Shown in pieces: positions 18,705 to 29,236 of a stretch of 64,000 bases of DNA. The position numbers and the translations under genes are program-made. Within the stretch, counting starts at the first letter, position 1. The number at the start of each line of letters is the position of its first letter. Origin of the DNA: Bdellovibrionales bacterium (lineage in GTDB: Bacteria; Bdellovibrionota; Bdellovibrionia; Bdellovibrionales; CAYMLA01); NCBI GenBank assembly GCA_965217115.1, contig OZ244239.1, forward strand, positions 64,001 to 128,000, in the 5' to 3' direction. Below the pieces are notes generated by a model. The model was not told where the DNA came from. It searched no databases and saw only the letters and a list, made by a program, of their open reading frames with translations.

Positions 18705-20105
18705 GTGGCAATAATATTTTTTGTGCAGCCATTTAAACGTGTTTTAAATGGCTACTTTTCTGTTATAATGACAGCTATGGAGATTTTTGTAAAACATCCC
18801 CACTGGCTAGGGGCTGTAGAGGTTTGTGAGACATTGCAAAAGGCAGGGTTTGTAGCCTGGCTCGCAGGTGGATGTGTTAGGGATGGATTGATGAATCGTA
18901 CCCCTAGGGATTTTGATGTGGCTACGGATGCCCTGCCAGAGCAGGTGGAAACTCTCTTTGATAGATCAATTCCTGTGGGTAAAGAATTTGGTGTGATCGT
19001 TATTCCTTTTAAAAATCAATTGGAAAATTATCAAATTGAAGTGGCCACATTTCGCAGAGATGGAGCTTATGGGGATGGGAGAAGGCCAGAGACAGTGGAA
19101 TACTCTTCCTCTCAGGAGGATGCCTGTCGCAGGGACTTTACGATCAATGGAATGTTCTATGACATGATCTCTCGTAAAGTAGTCGATTATGTTGAAGGTA
19201 GAGAAGATATTGAGGGGAGACAACTAAGAGCTATTGGAGACCCACGTAAGAGGTTCTCTGAAGATAAATTGCGTATGTTACGAGCTGTACGTTTTATTGG
19301 TGAGCTTGGTTTTAACCTCTGTGAGGAGACTAAATTGGCACTCAAAGAGTGTGCAGCAGATTTAAAAGAAGTGTCTGATGAAAGAAAGAGAGATGAACTC
19401 CTTAAACTACTCAAGAGTCCTGAGCGTCAGACCGCACTGGATCTACTTTTTGAGACGGGTCTCTTAAAGGTTCTCTTTAAAGAGTACATTAATGATAAAA
19501 TTGGCTGGAGTGATCTAAAGAGGTTCTTTGCTTATTATGAGGGAGGAGAATCAGAGGACCTGCTTTGGGTTTTGTGGCTCTTTCCTTGGAGTAGAACCTT
19601 AGGTGTGATGGGTGAATTGAGAGATAGAAAATGGGTGGTTTCGGATAAGGTAAGAAAGAAAATTGAAAAGCGTGTAGAGGTGCTAAAACTTTCCCGTCAA
19701 CAGAGCCAAAGAGTTGTTTATGTGATTACCCATTTTGACACATGGTTTTTGAGGGATGAGTTACGAAAGGGCTGGAAAGTTAGAATTTTTGCTAATGGAG
19801 AAAAAGGAGCGCTTTTACGAGAATTAATAAGACGCTTTGAGTTGGCTGAAGGGTGTTTGGATATAGAGCTTTGTGAATTAGAAGAGAACTTAGTTCGTGC
19901 AGGGGCTAACTTAGATAAGGGAACGCTGCCAGAATCAATGGTTGATGGTCAATGGTTGAAAGAAAAAGGAATTAAGTCAGGAAAAAAAATGGGCGAGTAT
20001 TTAGAAGAACTGTATTTACTACAGTTAGAAGAGCTGATTTATTCTCAAAGTGATGCCGAGAAGTGGTTAGACAGGGAGCTTAGCAAACTAGAGCCAAAAA
20101 TTTAG
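18705..20105 (+). CDS. cca: CCA-adding enzyme / poly(A) polymerase family nucleotidyltransferase
   Basis: GGCVRD, DFDVAT, RRDFTIN and EDKLRMLRAVRF motifs; true start may be ~18768-18777. Confidence 0.85.
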   Translation: MAIIFFVQPFKRVLNGYFSVIMTAMEIFVKHPHWLGAVEVCETLQKAGFVAWLAGGCVRDGLMNRTPRDFDVATDALPEQVETLFDRSIPVGKEFGVIVIPFKNQLENYQIEVATFRRDGAYGDGRRPETVEYSSSQEDACRRDFTINGMFYDMISRKVVDYVEGREDIEGRQLRAIGDPRKRFSEDKLRMLRAVRFIGELGFNLCEETKLALKECAADLKEVSDERKRDELLKLLKSPERQTALDLLFETGLLKVLFKEYINDKIGWSDLKRFFAYYEGGESEDLLWVLWLFPWSRTLGVMGELRDRKWVVSDKVRKKIEKRVEVLKLSRQQSQRVVYVITHFDTWFLRDELRKGWKVRIFANGEKGALLRELIRRFELAEGCLDIELCELEENLVRAGANLDKGTLPESMVDGQWLKEKGIKSGKKMGEYLEELYLLQLEELIYSQSDAEKWLDRELSKLEPKI

Positions 20106-20296
20106 TTACGGATGTTTTTTTTATCAGCAACGCGCCCGTTGTGATTGCGCCAATTGTATTCAGGGTTACTTTTTCGTTCTTGATTCCAATCGGACCACTT
20201 TTTAGGCGGAAGATTGTGTGAGATTTTTCCGTCGGCATCAAAAATATCAGCCTGCTTACCGAAAGCAAATTCTCGAATTTTCTTTAAAACACCCAT
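20102..20296 (-). CDS. Small hypothetical protein (64 aa)
   Basis: MGVLKKIREFAFGKQADIF...YNWRNH, with an ATG downstream of GGAG. The ORF track extends to 20383. Confidence 0.55.
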   Translation of the reverse strand: MGVLKKIREFAFGKQADIFDADGKISHNLPPKKWSDWNQERKSNPEYNWRNHNGRVADKKNIRN

Positions 20297-20473
20297 TATA
20301 AAAAGCTCCAGTTCGTCGTGAGAATAGATTGTAAAATAAAAACACCTCTCTTGTCCATGGTTAAATCGCTTGATGACGGGCAAAAGGAGTGTTTATGAAC
20401 ATTAGAATGGCCATGTTGCAGTTTTTACGTTTCCAGCTAATTAGATTTTGCTCTTAGGTTGAGATTATGATTA

Positions 20474-20929
20474 ATGAGTGTTTTAGAGGTGGAGATTAAT
20501 ATGTTATTTTCTCAGAGACAGTCCGAATTAGTGAAAGAGTTTTCTAAGTTTTCTGATTGGGAAGCTCGTTATAAACATATTATTCAATTAGGGAGGTCTT
20601 TACCAGTTATGGATGAGGATTTAAAGATAGAAGATATAAAGGTCAAGGGCTGTCAATCACAGGTCTGGCTACATGCGAGTCTTGGTGAAGATCGGAAAAT
20701 TGTTTTTTCTGCCGACAGTGATGCCATGATTGTTAAAGGATTAGTTGCGATATTGATACGTATGTACTCGGGGTTGTCACCTAGAGAAGTGATTGAGAGT
20801 CAGCCTGATTTTCTTAAAGAGATAGGTTTACAAAAACACCTATCCCCCAGTCGAGCAAATGGTCTCTATGCTATGATTAATCAAATCAAATATTACGCCA
20901 CAGCATTTGATTTGATTTTAGCGAAGTGA
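20474..20929 (+). CDS. sufE: Fe-S metabolism protein SufE
   Basis: VKGCQSQVWL, DSDAMIVKGL and LSPSRANGL motifs. Confidence 0.93.
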   Translation: MSVLEVEINMLFSQRQSELVKEFSKFSDWEARYKHIIQLGRSLPVMDEDLKIEDIKVKGCQSQVWLHASLGEDRKIVFSADSDAMIVKGLVAILIRMYSGLSPREVIESQPDFLKEIGLQKHLSPSRANGLYAMINQIKYYATAFDLILAK

Positions 20930-20970
20930 CCCGTGTTCTTGGTAGGATAAAAATCTATTTAAATCCCAGC

Positions 20971-21615
20971 TCATTTGCAGGAGAGAGAAATTTTTAGGGG
21001 AGCCTCTGTGAATTTCACGACTTCTTCAGGGGTGATGTCAGGTGCATGCTCGATAAGAACAAAGCCTTCCTTGGTCACTTCGATAACACCAAGATCAGTG
21101 ACGATAAGATCAATACAGTTAAGGCCAGTTAAGGGGAGCGTGCATTTTTTAAGAAGTTTAGGGCGACCTTTTTTATCGGTGTGTTGCATGGCCACGATAA
21201 CACGTTTAGCTCCAGCAACAAGGTCCATAGCCCCTCCCATGCCCTTGACTATTTTCCCAGGAACCATCCAGTTGGCAATATCTCCGTTTTCACTGACCTC
21301 CATGGCTCCAAGAATAGTCAAATCAACATGACCACCACGAATCATAGCAAAGCTGTCTGCCGAAGAGAAGAAAGAAGCGCCAGTGACGGTAGTGACTGTC
21401 TGCTTACCTGCATTGATAAGATCAGCATCAACGTCGTTTTCCTTTGGAAAGGCCCCCATACCCAAGAGACCATTCTCACTCTGTAGCATAACGTCTATGT
21501 CTTTAGGAATGTAATTAGCCACGAGGGTAGGGATGCCTATTCCCAGATTGACGATAAAGCCGTTCTTAATTTCTTTGGCGATTCGCTGTGCAATTTGATC
21601 CCTGGAAAAAGGCAT
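20971..21615 (-). CDS. scoB: 3-oxoacid CoA-transferase subunit B
   Basis: [13 protein letters not shown] and GMGGAMDLV motifs. Confidence 0.93.
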   Translation of the reverse strand: MPFSRDQIAQRIAKEIKNGFIVNLGIGIPTLVANYIPKDIDVMLQSENGLLGMGAFPKENDVDADLINAGKQTVTTVTGASFFSSADSFAMIRGGHVDLTILGAMEVSENGDIANWMVPGKIVKGMGGAMDLVAGAKRVIVAMQHTDKKGRPKLLKKCTLPLTGLNCIDLIVTDLGVIEVTKEGFVLIEHAPDITPEEVVKFTEAPLKISLSCK

Positions 21616-21634
21616 GGGTGATCTCCTAATAGAA

Positions 21635-22330
21635 TTACTGTGTGACCGTTCTTTGCTCAATACGTTTTTCTAAATTTTTTGATAGAATAACTCTCTGTGT
21701 GAAAATACCTGGAGTGTGAATCTGATCAGGATCAAGCTCTCCAACTTCAACGATTTCTTCAACCTCAGCGATGGTGATTTTCCCAGCCATAGCTATCATG
21801 GGGTTGAAATTTCGAGCTGTCTTGCGATAAACAAGGTTGCCAAAACGATCAGCCTTCCAAGCCTTAACTAAGGCGAAGTCTCCGGTGAGGCCTGTTTCAA
21901 GAACATAACTTCTGCCATTAAACTCCCGTACTTCTTTGCCTTCGGCCACTTTAGTTCCAACACCAGTTGGTGTGAAGAAGGCGGGGATGCCGGAGCCTCC
22001 CGCTCGAATTCTTTCAGCTAATGTCCCCTGGGGATTAAACTCGACCTCAAGTTCACCATCTAAAAAGAGCTGTGCAAAAAAAGAGTTTTCTCCAACATAA
22101 GAAGAGATCATCTTTTTAATTTGCCTTGTGTGAAGCAATAGCCCCAAGCCAAAGTCATCCACGCCAGCATTGTTAGAAATACAGGTGAGATCCTTAACAC
22201 CAGATTTTTTTAAGGCTGAAATGCAATTTTCAGGAATTCCACATAATCCAAAACCCCCGACTAAAATAGTCATGTTACTCTGAACTCCTTTAAGGGCCAA
22301 TTCTGCGTTTGTATAAACTTTATCAATCAT
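21635..22330 (-). CDS. scoA: 3-oxoacid CoA-transferase subunit A
   Basis: [23 protein letters not shown] and TARNFNP motifs. Confidence 0.93.
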   Translation of the reverse strand: MIDKVYTNAELALKGVQSNMTILVGGFGLCGIPENCISALKKSGVKDLTCISNNAGVDDFGLGLLLHTRQIKKMISSYVGENSFFAQLFLDGELEVEFNPQGTLAERIRAGGSGIPAFFTPTGVGTKVAEGKEVREFNGRSYVLETGLTGDFALVKAWKADRFGNLVYRKTARNFNPMIAMAGKITIAEVEEIVEVGELDPDQIHTPGIFTQRVILSKNLEKRIEQRTVTQ

Positions 22331-22332
22331 AA

Positions 22333-23511
22333 TTAAACCTTCTCGACAATGACGGCGACGGCCTCACCGCCACCAATACACAGTGTTGCCAGACCGTAGT
22401 TCTTTTTTTGGGTATGTAAGGCGTGAATCAATGTGGTCAAAATACGTGCGCCACTTCCACCAATGGGGTGTCCTATGGCTACAGCTCCCCCGTGAACATT
22501 TACTTTTCCCCTGGGGATATTGAGTTTTTTCATTGCGGCGAGGGTGACAACACTAAAGGCTTCGTTGATCTCCCACAGATCGATATCGTCTACTTGCAGA
22601 TCAGCTTTGGTAAGAACTTTTTTGATAGCGCCGATAGGCGCTGTGGTGAACCACTCGGGAGCTTGGGCAAATGTGGCTTGGGCGATGATCTTAGCTATTG
22701 GTTTTAGATCGAGCTCTTTGACCTTATTCTCACTAGCGATGACAAGGGCGGCAGCACCGTCATTGATTTTACTAGCGTTGGCAGCCGTAACAGTTCCTTC
22801 TTTATCAAATGCTGGTCTAAGACTGGGGATTTTATCAAGCTTGGCGCGATCAGGTTCTTCGTCCTTGTCGACGATGATAGTTCCCTTTCTCTGTACAATC
22901 TCAACGGGAGCAATTTCGTTTTTAAAAAAACCATCGGCGTCTGCTCTCTGCGCCATTTGATAACTTTCAATGGCGAACTGGTCTTGTTCCTCACGGGTGA
23001 AGCCGTGCTTCTCAACACATTTTTCTGCGGCAACACCCATGTGAAAATTATTATAGGGATCCCAGAGTCCGTCTTTGATCATAGAATCGCTGGATTGAAC
23101 ATGTCCCATGCGATAGCCACTGCGTGAGTTTTCTAAGAGGTGGGGGGAGAGAGTCATATTTTCCTGTCCACCGGCAATGACGATTTCTGAGTGACCAGCA
23201 CTGATAGAGTCCGAAGCCAACATGACAGATTTAAGCCCAGAGCCACAAACCTTGTTAATGGTCATGCAGGGAGTTGAGTGTGAAAGCCCTGCATAAATAG
23301 CAGCTTGCCTGGCAGGCGCCTGACCGACACCTGCGGTGAGGACCTGTCCCATGATGACTTCATCGACTTGTTCAGAGGAAATTCCAGCGGTTAAAACAGC
23401 TTTTTTGATAGCTACCGCCCCGAGGTTGGGTGCTGGTAGAGAGCTAAGACTTCCCTGGAAGGAGCCAACAGGCGTGCGTGCGGCACTGATGATGTAGACT
23501 GTCTGTGACAT
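22333..23511 (-). CDS. atoB: Acetyl-CoA C-acetyltransferase (thiolase)
   Basis: NKVCGSG, NEAF, GHPIG and LCIGGG motifs. Confidence 0.93.
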   Translation of the reverse strand: MSQTVYIISAARTPVGSFQGSLSSLPAPNLGAVAIKKAVLTAGISSEQVDEVIMGQVLTAGVGQAPARQAAIYAGLSHSTPCMTINKVCGSGLKSVMLASDSISAGHSEIVIAGGQENMTLSPHLLENSRSGYRMGHVQSSDSMIKDGLWDPYNNFHMGVAAEKCVEKHGFTREEQDQFAIESYQMAQRADADGFFKNEIAPVEIVQRKGTIIVDKDEEPDRAKLDKIPSLRPAFDKEGTVTAANASKINDGAAALVIASENKVKELDLKPIAKIIAQATFAQAPEWFTTAPIGAIKKVLTKADLQVDDIDLWEINEAFSVVTLAAMKKLNIPRGKVNVHGGAVAIGHPIGGSGARILTTLIHALHTQKKNYGLATLCIGGGEAVAVIVEKV

Positions 23512-23682
23512 ATAATTCTCCAAAGTGACGTGATTATATTTTGCCCATAAATTGTCTTAAAAGGGGGGCTCTTGGCAACCCATGGATTAAACAACTCATT
23601 GCGACAAAGAGATGGGGTTCTACGATGATGTTCTCTGTTAAAGGATGTATTTAGTAGGACTCTTGTTTGGCTTTGCTCCTCT

Positions 23683-24762
23683 TTGTCTGTAAGCTGTGAG
23701 AGTATGGGGATGGATTATCAAAGGCGAAAAGGGGCGACTGGAATGAAAAAGGTTTTTATTTTGATGATTCTTATATTTTTCGCCCTTCCCAGTTGGGGTT
23801 GGGTTCAGTCTATTGATGCTAGCAAGGTAAAAGCTATAAGTCTAAAGGGCTTTTATGGTGACGTCTCTATAAATGGAGTTCCTGAAGCAAAGGAGTTTCG
23901 TTTACAGATCACAGGAATGGGGGGGGGTGCCAGTGTATTTAATAGGGCTGGAAGGAACTCCCCGTGGAAATTAGCCATTAAAGAAGAGAAGGGACACTTA
24001 GAGTTATCCGTGCAAGGCCCTGAAATTAAAGGAATTTGGTGGGATATTATTCAGAGTAGAAGATCAAAATCTCCTGTGCGTATTATTATTCATGGGCCTG
24101 CTAGGAAGTTGAAATTATCTTGGTTTGAAGGGAAGGTGGAGTTGAAGGATTGGAGGGCTGAGAGTTATTTGAGTTTAAAATCAGGGAAATTATCAGTGGA
24201 GAATTCCAGTGCTTTTTTACAGGCAAGTTTGATGAAGGGGCAACTATTAGTGAAAAATCATGGGGGAGATATTCTTCTAGATACATATAGAGCAAATATA
24301 AATTTGTCTGATGTGTTAGGAGAAATTAAGATGAAGAATTTCTCTGGGAAATCTCTGTTAAAAAACAATAATGGTCGAGTTCATTTTTCTGGTCATTCAG
24401 GAGTTTTTTCTGTTCGAGGGGGAGAGGGAGAGGTTCATTTTGAAAGTCAGTCGGGAGAAATTGCTCTGGATCGATTTAAAGGTCTTCTGACGGGGAAGAG
24501 CGAAGAGGGCAGGGTGACTGTAAATGCCGTGGAAAAACCAAATATTCGTATTAGGTCAAATAGTGGAATGGTTAAGGTTGTTTTGTCCCGATCTTCTGGC
24601 TCTTGGGTGAATGTAGGAACTGCAAAGGGGGACCTGTATGTTCCCTCATCCATAAAAACAAAAAGATTTCCGAACCTTAAACTGGCACGGGGACGCTTAC
24701 CTGGCCTTGATAAGGGAACAGTGTATGTAAGAACTCAGAGCGGGAAGATTATTATTCGTTAA
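23683..24762 (+). CDS. Secreted beta-strand repeat protein (DUF4097/adhesin-like)
   Basis: Signal peptide from about MKKVFIL; repeated SG.I.L...G beta motifs. Confidence 0.65.
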   Translation: MSVSCESMGMDYQRRKGATGMKKVFILMILIFFALPSWGWVQSIDASKVKAISLKGFYGDVSINGVPEAKEFRLQITGMGGGASVFNRAGRNSPWKLAIKEEKGHLELSVQGPEIKGIWWDIIQSRRSKSPVRIIIHGPARKLKLSWFEGKVELKDWRAESYLSLKSGKLSVENSSAFLQASLMKGQLLVKNHGGDILLDTYRANINLSDVLGEIKMKNFSGKSLLKNNNGRVHFSGHSGVFSVRGGEGEVHFESQSGEIALDRFKGLLTGKSEEGRVTVNAVEKPNIRIRSNSGMVKVVLSRSSGSWVNVGTAKGDLYVPSSIKTKRFPNLKLARGRLPGLDKGTVYVRTQSGKIIIR

Positions 24763-24802
24763 GTTATTGACAATAAGAAGGGTTTCCACGACCATAGCGA
24801 CC

Positions 24803-25732
24803 ATGGCAAAAGCAAAGAAGAAAACTAAAAAAACGGCGACGAAGAAAGCTGCAACTAAAAAAGTCGCAAAGAAAGTCACAAAGAAAATCGCAAAGAAAAC
24901 GGCGTCTAAAAAGAAGGCCGTCAAAAAAAAGATAGCAAAGAAAGCCGTTAAGAAATCAGCGAAGAAGACAACAAAGAGAGCTGTTGCTAAAAAAACCACG
25001 GGAAAAGGGAAAAAGAAGGTTGCAGCTAAGAGAGCTACGAAAAAAACTCTCAAGAGGGCATCTGTAAAAAAAGGTGCAACTAATAAAAAGAGCTCTAAGA
25101 AAAAAATCTCTAAGAAGAAAACAGTTAAAAAAACAGCGACTAAAAAAACAGCGACTAAAAAAGCTATAAAGAAAACTGCCACCAAAAAGGCAGTGACGAA
25201 AAAGACAGCTAAGAAATTTAAAGGAAGAAACACGAAAAAGACATCTACTCAGAGCTCCCTTTTTGCAGAAAAGGTGGCTTCGGCGTTAAAGACTTCACCT
25301 ATCGAAAAAAAGGAGTCTATTGATGAGCTGAGTAGTGTCACAGAATTTGAAGAAGAAGTGGTCCTTACAGATTCAGAGGGAAGACGTTATTGTCGGGCCA
25401 AAGAGTGTGATCAAATATCTATGGTTGAAGGGTACTGTCGTTACCACTACCTCTCTCTTTGGAAGATGATTCAAACACGGCGCAAGATACTCTCTGATGA
25501 TAAGTTAGAGGAGTATATTGTAAAATTAACGATGAGATACTCAGATAAAATATTTGGAATGATTTGGAATGATATGTGTTCAGAGAAGAATTTCTGGATG
25601 GCTGTCCAAGACATGTCTATTGATTCTGGAGCTAATAGAGATGAAGAAAACTTTGAGAGTGAAGCTAAATCCTTTATTAACGAAGTTCACGGAGTTGATT
25701 CAAAGGGTGATGACGAAGAGAATAGCTTCTAG
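24803..25732 (+). CDS. Histone-H1-like Lys/Ala/Thr-rich protein with a C-terminal Cys/His domain
   Basis: ~145 aa of KKTA/KKA/KKV repeats, followed by YCRAKEC...GYCRYH and an acidic tail. Confidence 0.75.
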   Translation: MAKAKKKTKKTATKKAATKKVAKKVTKKIAKKTASKKKAVKKKIAKKAVKKSAKKTTKRAVAKKTTGKGKKKVAAKRATKKTLKRASVKKGATNKKSSKKKISKKKTVKKTATKKTATKKAIKKTATKKAVTKKTAKKFKGRNTKKTSTQSSLFAEKVASALKTSPIEKKESIDELSSVTEFEEEVVLTDSEGRRYCRAKECDQISMVEGYCRYHYLSLWKMIQTRRKILSDDKLEEYIVKLTMRYSDKIFGMIWNDMCSEKNFWMAVQDMSIDSGANRDEENFESEAKSFINEVHGVDSKGDDEENSF

Positions 25733-25838
25733 TACAAAGTTGAGATCCGCATTATAAGCCAAAAAATAAAGATATCCTAGAAAAACCATTATCGTCTCCT
25801 TGATTATAACCGATACCTAATTCGAGGTTGTCACCAAT

Positions 25839-26216
25839 GTGATGATCAAAAACCGTTGGTGTATCAGGAGGGGAGATTCTATGGGTGTGGAGTGTCATTT
25901 TAGGGATGGAAGTCAATCAGAGGAGTTAGTGGAATATATTAATGGGAAGGCTTCTGAATTGAAGAAAAGGGCCCAGTTTAAGCGTGTAAGATGTACTTTC
26001 GACCATGAAAAAGGCGAGGGCTCCTGCCTAGTTGAAGTTTATTTTGACGACGATAAGGTCTCGTTCAAATCCCACATTCTAGGGGATGATTACCATAAGA
26101 TTTTTGACAAAGCCTGGAAGAAGATGGCCCATCAGGTGAATTCCTGGCAGGGCAAGGAACCTAAGAAGTCCCATGTGCCCTGTATGCGTATTAACAAAAT
26201 ATGGAAAGCTGGTTAG
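25839..26216 (+). CDS. HPF/RaiA-like ribosome-associated protein (divergent)
   Basis: SEELVEYINGK...DDYHKIFDKAWKKMAHQ resembles the HPF fold. Confidence 0.5.
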   Translation: MMIKNRWCIRRGDSMGVECHFRDGSQSEELVEYINGKASELKKRAQFKRVRCTFDHEKGEGSCLVEVYFDDDKVSFKSHILGDDYHKIFDKAWKKMAHQVNSWQGKEPKKSHVPCMRINKIWKAG

Positions 26217-26342
26217 GCTAGTCAATGGTTCATATGAAACGATCTGATGGATTTTTGAAAAAGGGATTTTTGGAGCGGGCAGTCGTTGAAATTTAAGGTT
26301 TTTCTAAGATAGAATAGAGTTGTTTATCTTAGGAGATCTCTT

Positions 26343-27521
26343 GTGCGACGCCAGCGTTTAAAGTTAATATTTTTTACGATGCTTTTTTCCCTATCCCTTA
26401 AAGCATCGGAATTGGTGGAGAGGGTCTTTGAAGGGGAGAGTCAAAACCCAAACTTGATTGAAGCCAAGAAAGAAATCTTGAAAAAAGCCGTAGAAGATAC
26501 CTCAGTGACGCTTATTAAGGAGATTGTGGGGGAGGAAAAATTCTCTCGTAATCGTAAGAAGGTGTATCACCGTGTGATTAAGAACTCAGGTAAATATATG
26601 TCTTATATAAAGTCAGGGAAACCTAGACAGACGGCTGAGGGGTCTATCTCCATGGCTGTGACGATGAAATTCTCCCTAGAGAGTCTTCAAGCATTACTTT
26701 TAGAAAACGGTCTTATGTATGATAATGATGGAGCTCCCATTGTTTTACCCTTAATTGTGTATGCGGATCGAGTTCATTTGGAGTCCTATCGCTGGTGGAA
26801 GAGCAAAAAAAAGAGTTCCCATTTCTTAGCTCAGCAGCAGAAGTTATTTACTGCCTCTCTGAGAGAAGAGTTTTCTAAAAAAGGATTCTTCACGTTGACT
26901 CCAAAAAGCTATCAGTTGAAGGCACTTATTCCTGAACAGTTTAAAGTGGATCAACTCAAGAAAAAAGATTACCTATTTTTGGGTGAGTTTCTAGACACTC
27001 AACTGATTATCTACGGTGAGTATAAGGTCTCCCGTAGCCGGGAGATATCTGATAGTTATAGGATAGAGTTAAAACTCTATGGACTCCACTCTGGAAATGG
27101 CCGAGTGGTGGCAGAAATCCACAGAACCTTAAATACGGAGCCTGGTCTTTTTCGCACGGTCGTAGAGAGTCAGTTACGCAAAGAAGTAAAGAAGGTGTCT
27201 CAGGATATAGTCGTCCAAGTTTTAGAGACCTGGGAGAAAGGGACATTTGGTTCTTCTCTTTTACAGGTGTCTTTGAGCGGGGCGATTTCCTATTCTATGC
27301 AGGAGCAATTTAAGAAAGCGATAAAAAAGCAACTCCACTCTGTGAAGAATGTGCGTGAGCGGTTTTTTTCATCGAAGAGAATAGCTTTTGAAATGGATGT
27401 GTTTAAAGGTATGGACGATATGAAAAAAGCCTTTGCTAAGTTAAGATTTGGGCGGTGGCGATTGAGTTTGATTCGCTCTGAAAAAGGTCGATTATTCTAT
27501 AGACCAGTCTTGGTAAAGTAG
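26343..27521 (+). CDS. Hypothetical secreted protein
   Basis: 392-aa ORF with a signal peptide and RBS AGGAG. Confidence 0.7.
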   Translation: MRRQRLKLIFFTMLFSLSLKASELVERVFEGESQNPNLIEAKKEILKKAVEDTSVTLIKEIVGEEKFSRNRKKVYHRVIKNSGKYMSYIKSGKPRQTAEGSISMAVTMKFSLESLQALLLENGLMYDNDGAPIVLPLIVYADRVHLESYRWWKSKKKSSHFLAQQQKLFTASLREEFSKKGFFTLTPKSYQLKALIPEQFKVDQLKKKDYLFLGEFLDTQLIIYGEYKVSRSREISDSYRIELKLYGLHSGNGRVVAEIHRTLNTEPGLFRTVVESQLRKEVKKVSQDIVVQVLETWEKGTFGSSLLQVSLSGAISYSMQEQFKKAIKKQLHSVKNVRERFFSSKRIAFEMDVFKGMDDMKKAFAKLRFGRWRLSLIRSEKGRLFYRPVLVK

Positions 27522-27668
27522 TCCATTAGTGTTTATAATCCCTAGGGGGAGTTATTTTAGAGGCCTTTTATCTCAGAATAATACAGAAATTTAAGACAAA
27601 CTTATTTTATTCCATAATATTCTGTTAAGATGAAACATCTTTACAACTGAATCAACCAATTTCAAGGG

Positions 27669-27905
27669 GTGTTTGAGATGGGAAAACAGAGGAAGAACCC
27701 AGTATACGTTAAATCCGGTGAATTCTTGAGAGAGAGACGCTTACTAGCAGGTTTGTCCCAGGATGAAGTGGCTGAGTCTTTGGGGTATTCTTCTTCACGC
27801 TTTGTGGCCAGTTGGGAGGATGGTATAGCTGCACCTCCTATGGGTGTTCTGACAAAAATTATGGACATATATGATGGGAAGTCCCAGCTCAAGAAAGTTC
27901 ACTAA
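27669..27905 (+). CDS. XRE-family helix-turn-helix protein
   Basis: GEFLRERRLLAGLSQDEVAESLGYSSSRFVASWEDG. Confidence 0.8.
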   Translation: MFEMGKQRKNPVYVKSGEFLRERRLLAGLSQDEVAESLGYSSSRFVASWEDGIAAPPMGVLTKIMDIYDGKSQLKKVH

Positions 27906-28027
27906 GGAGAGTCGTTAGTCGCCGGAGTTTAAGGGGAAAGCATAGGCCTTTTTTTATTTGCAACGACTTTAGTGTGTTCTATAAAGTTACGATTTGACAT
28001 GATATTAAAAACAGCTTAAAAATCCGA

Positions 28028-29236
28028 ATGAGTTTCTCTGTAGTGCAAGATAAGAATGACAGAATATACCTTGATCACAATGCGACAACCCCTGTGGCTA
28101 TGGATGTGATTGAGAGCCTTGAAGAGATAGCTGTCCAGTGGGGAAATCCGAGTTCTATTCATTGGTCGGGGCGCGAACCTAAGGCGTTTATTCGTGATGC
28201 CCGCAAGCGTATTGCTAAGATGATTGGTTGTCAGCCATTGGAGTTTATTTTTACCAGTGGGGGAAGTGAGGCTAATAATACGGCTGTCAAAGGTGTCTAT
28301 TTTCAAAATATTAAAAATAAAAAAGAAGAGTTACATTTTCGTAATAAATATATTTTTAGTGTGGTTGAGCATCCAAGTTTAATAGAGTCCATGGCATTTC
28401 TTGAACGACAGGGTATGGAAGTGGTGCGTATTCCTGTGAGTCGTGATGGTTTGATTGATCTTAAAACCTACGAAGAGGCATTGGATAAAAACACGGCATT
28501 GGTCTCTGTGATGTGGGTTAATAATGAGACAGGAACTATTTTTCCTATAAAAAAGATGACGGAAATGGCTCACAAAGTAGGAGCACTGTTTCACACGGAC
28601 AGCGTGCAGGCGTTGGGCAAAATTCCTATTGATGTGTATGATCTCAATGTAGATTTTGCGAGTTTTTCGGCTCATAAATTTTATTCTCTAAAAGGAACAG
28701 GGGTGCTTTATTGTAAGAGCAATGTGAGTTTTGAGAGTCTCATCCATGGAGGGGGACAGGAGAGAGGTCGCAGGGCAGGGACTGAGAACACACTTGGAGT
28801 TGCTGCTTTTTCTAAGATGGCAGAGAAGGCACAGTATGTGGTTAATTATGGAGAGAAGATCTTAAAGCTGCGTAAGCACATGGAGAGGCGTATTCTCGAT
28901 GAGATTAGCAATGTCACTGTGACCTGTGTTCAATCAGAGAGAGTTGCCCATTGCAGCAGTCTTGTTATTGGTGGCGTCGATGGTGAAACTTTACTTATGA
29001 GTTTAGATATGATGGGCTACTCCGTCAGCACGGGGGCTGCATGTAGTTCAGGAAACCCTGAACCGAGTCCGACTTTGATTGCCATGGGCTTGTCCCGTGA
29101 AGAAGCACAGAACTCCTTGCGTTTGAGTTTAGGATGGGAGAACACATTAGAGGAGATCAATAGCTTTGTGGATGTCTTGAAAACAGAGGTGAAACGTCTA
29201 CGTCAGCTTCACCATGAATTGGGAAATATGAAATGA
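28028..29236 (+). CDS. iscS: Cysteine desulfurase (IscS/NifS group)
   Basis: YLDHNATT, SAHKF, RAGTEN and STGAACSS motifs. Confidence 0.92.
   Translation: MSFSVVQDKNDRIYLDHNATTPVAMDVIESLEEIAVQWGNPSSIHWSGREPKAFIRDARKRIAKMIGCQPLEFIFTSGGSEANNTAVKGVYFQNIKNKKEELHFRNKYIFSVVEHPSLIESMAFLERQGMEVVRIPVSRDGLIDLKTYEEALDKNTALVSVMWVNNETGTIFPIKKMTEMAHKVGALFHTDSVQALGKIPIDVYDLNVDFASFSAHKFYSLKGTGVLYCKSNVSFESLIHGGGQERGRRAGTENTLGVAAFSKMAEKAQYVVNYGEKILKLRKHMERRILDEISNVTVTCVQSERVAHCSSLVIGGVDGETLLMSLDMMGYSVSTGAACSSGNPEPSPTLIAMGLSREEAQNSLRLSLGWENTLEEINSFVDVLKTEVKRLRQLHHELGNMK

Noticed and set aside
20975..23036. Antisense ORFs over scoAB/thiolase, and similar ones over other housekeeping genes
   Set aside because: They fully overlap well-supported genes on the opposite strand or in another frame, and have no motifs.
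24697..25233. 178-aa hydrophobic antisense ORF
   Set aside because: It is the shadow of the Lys/Ala/Thr repeat on the + strand.
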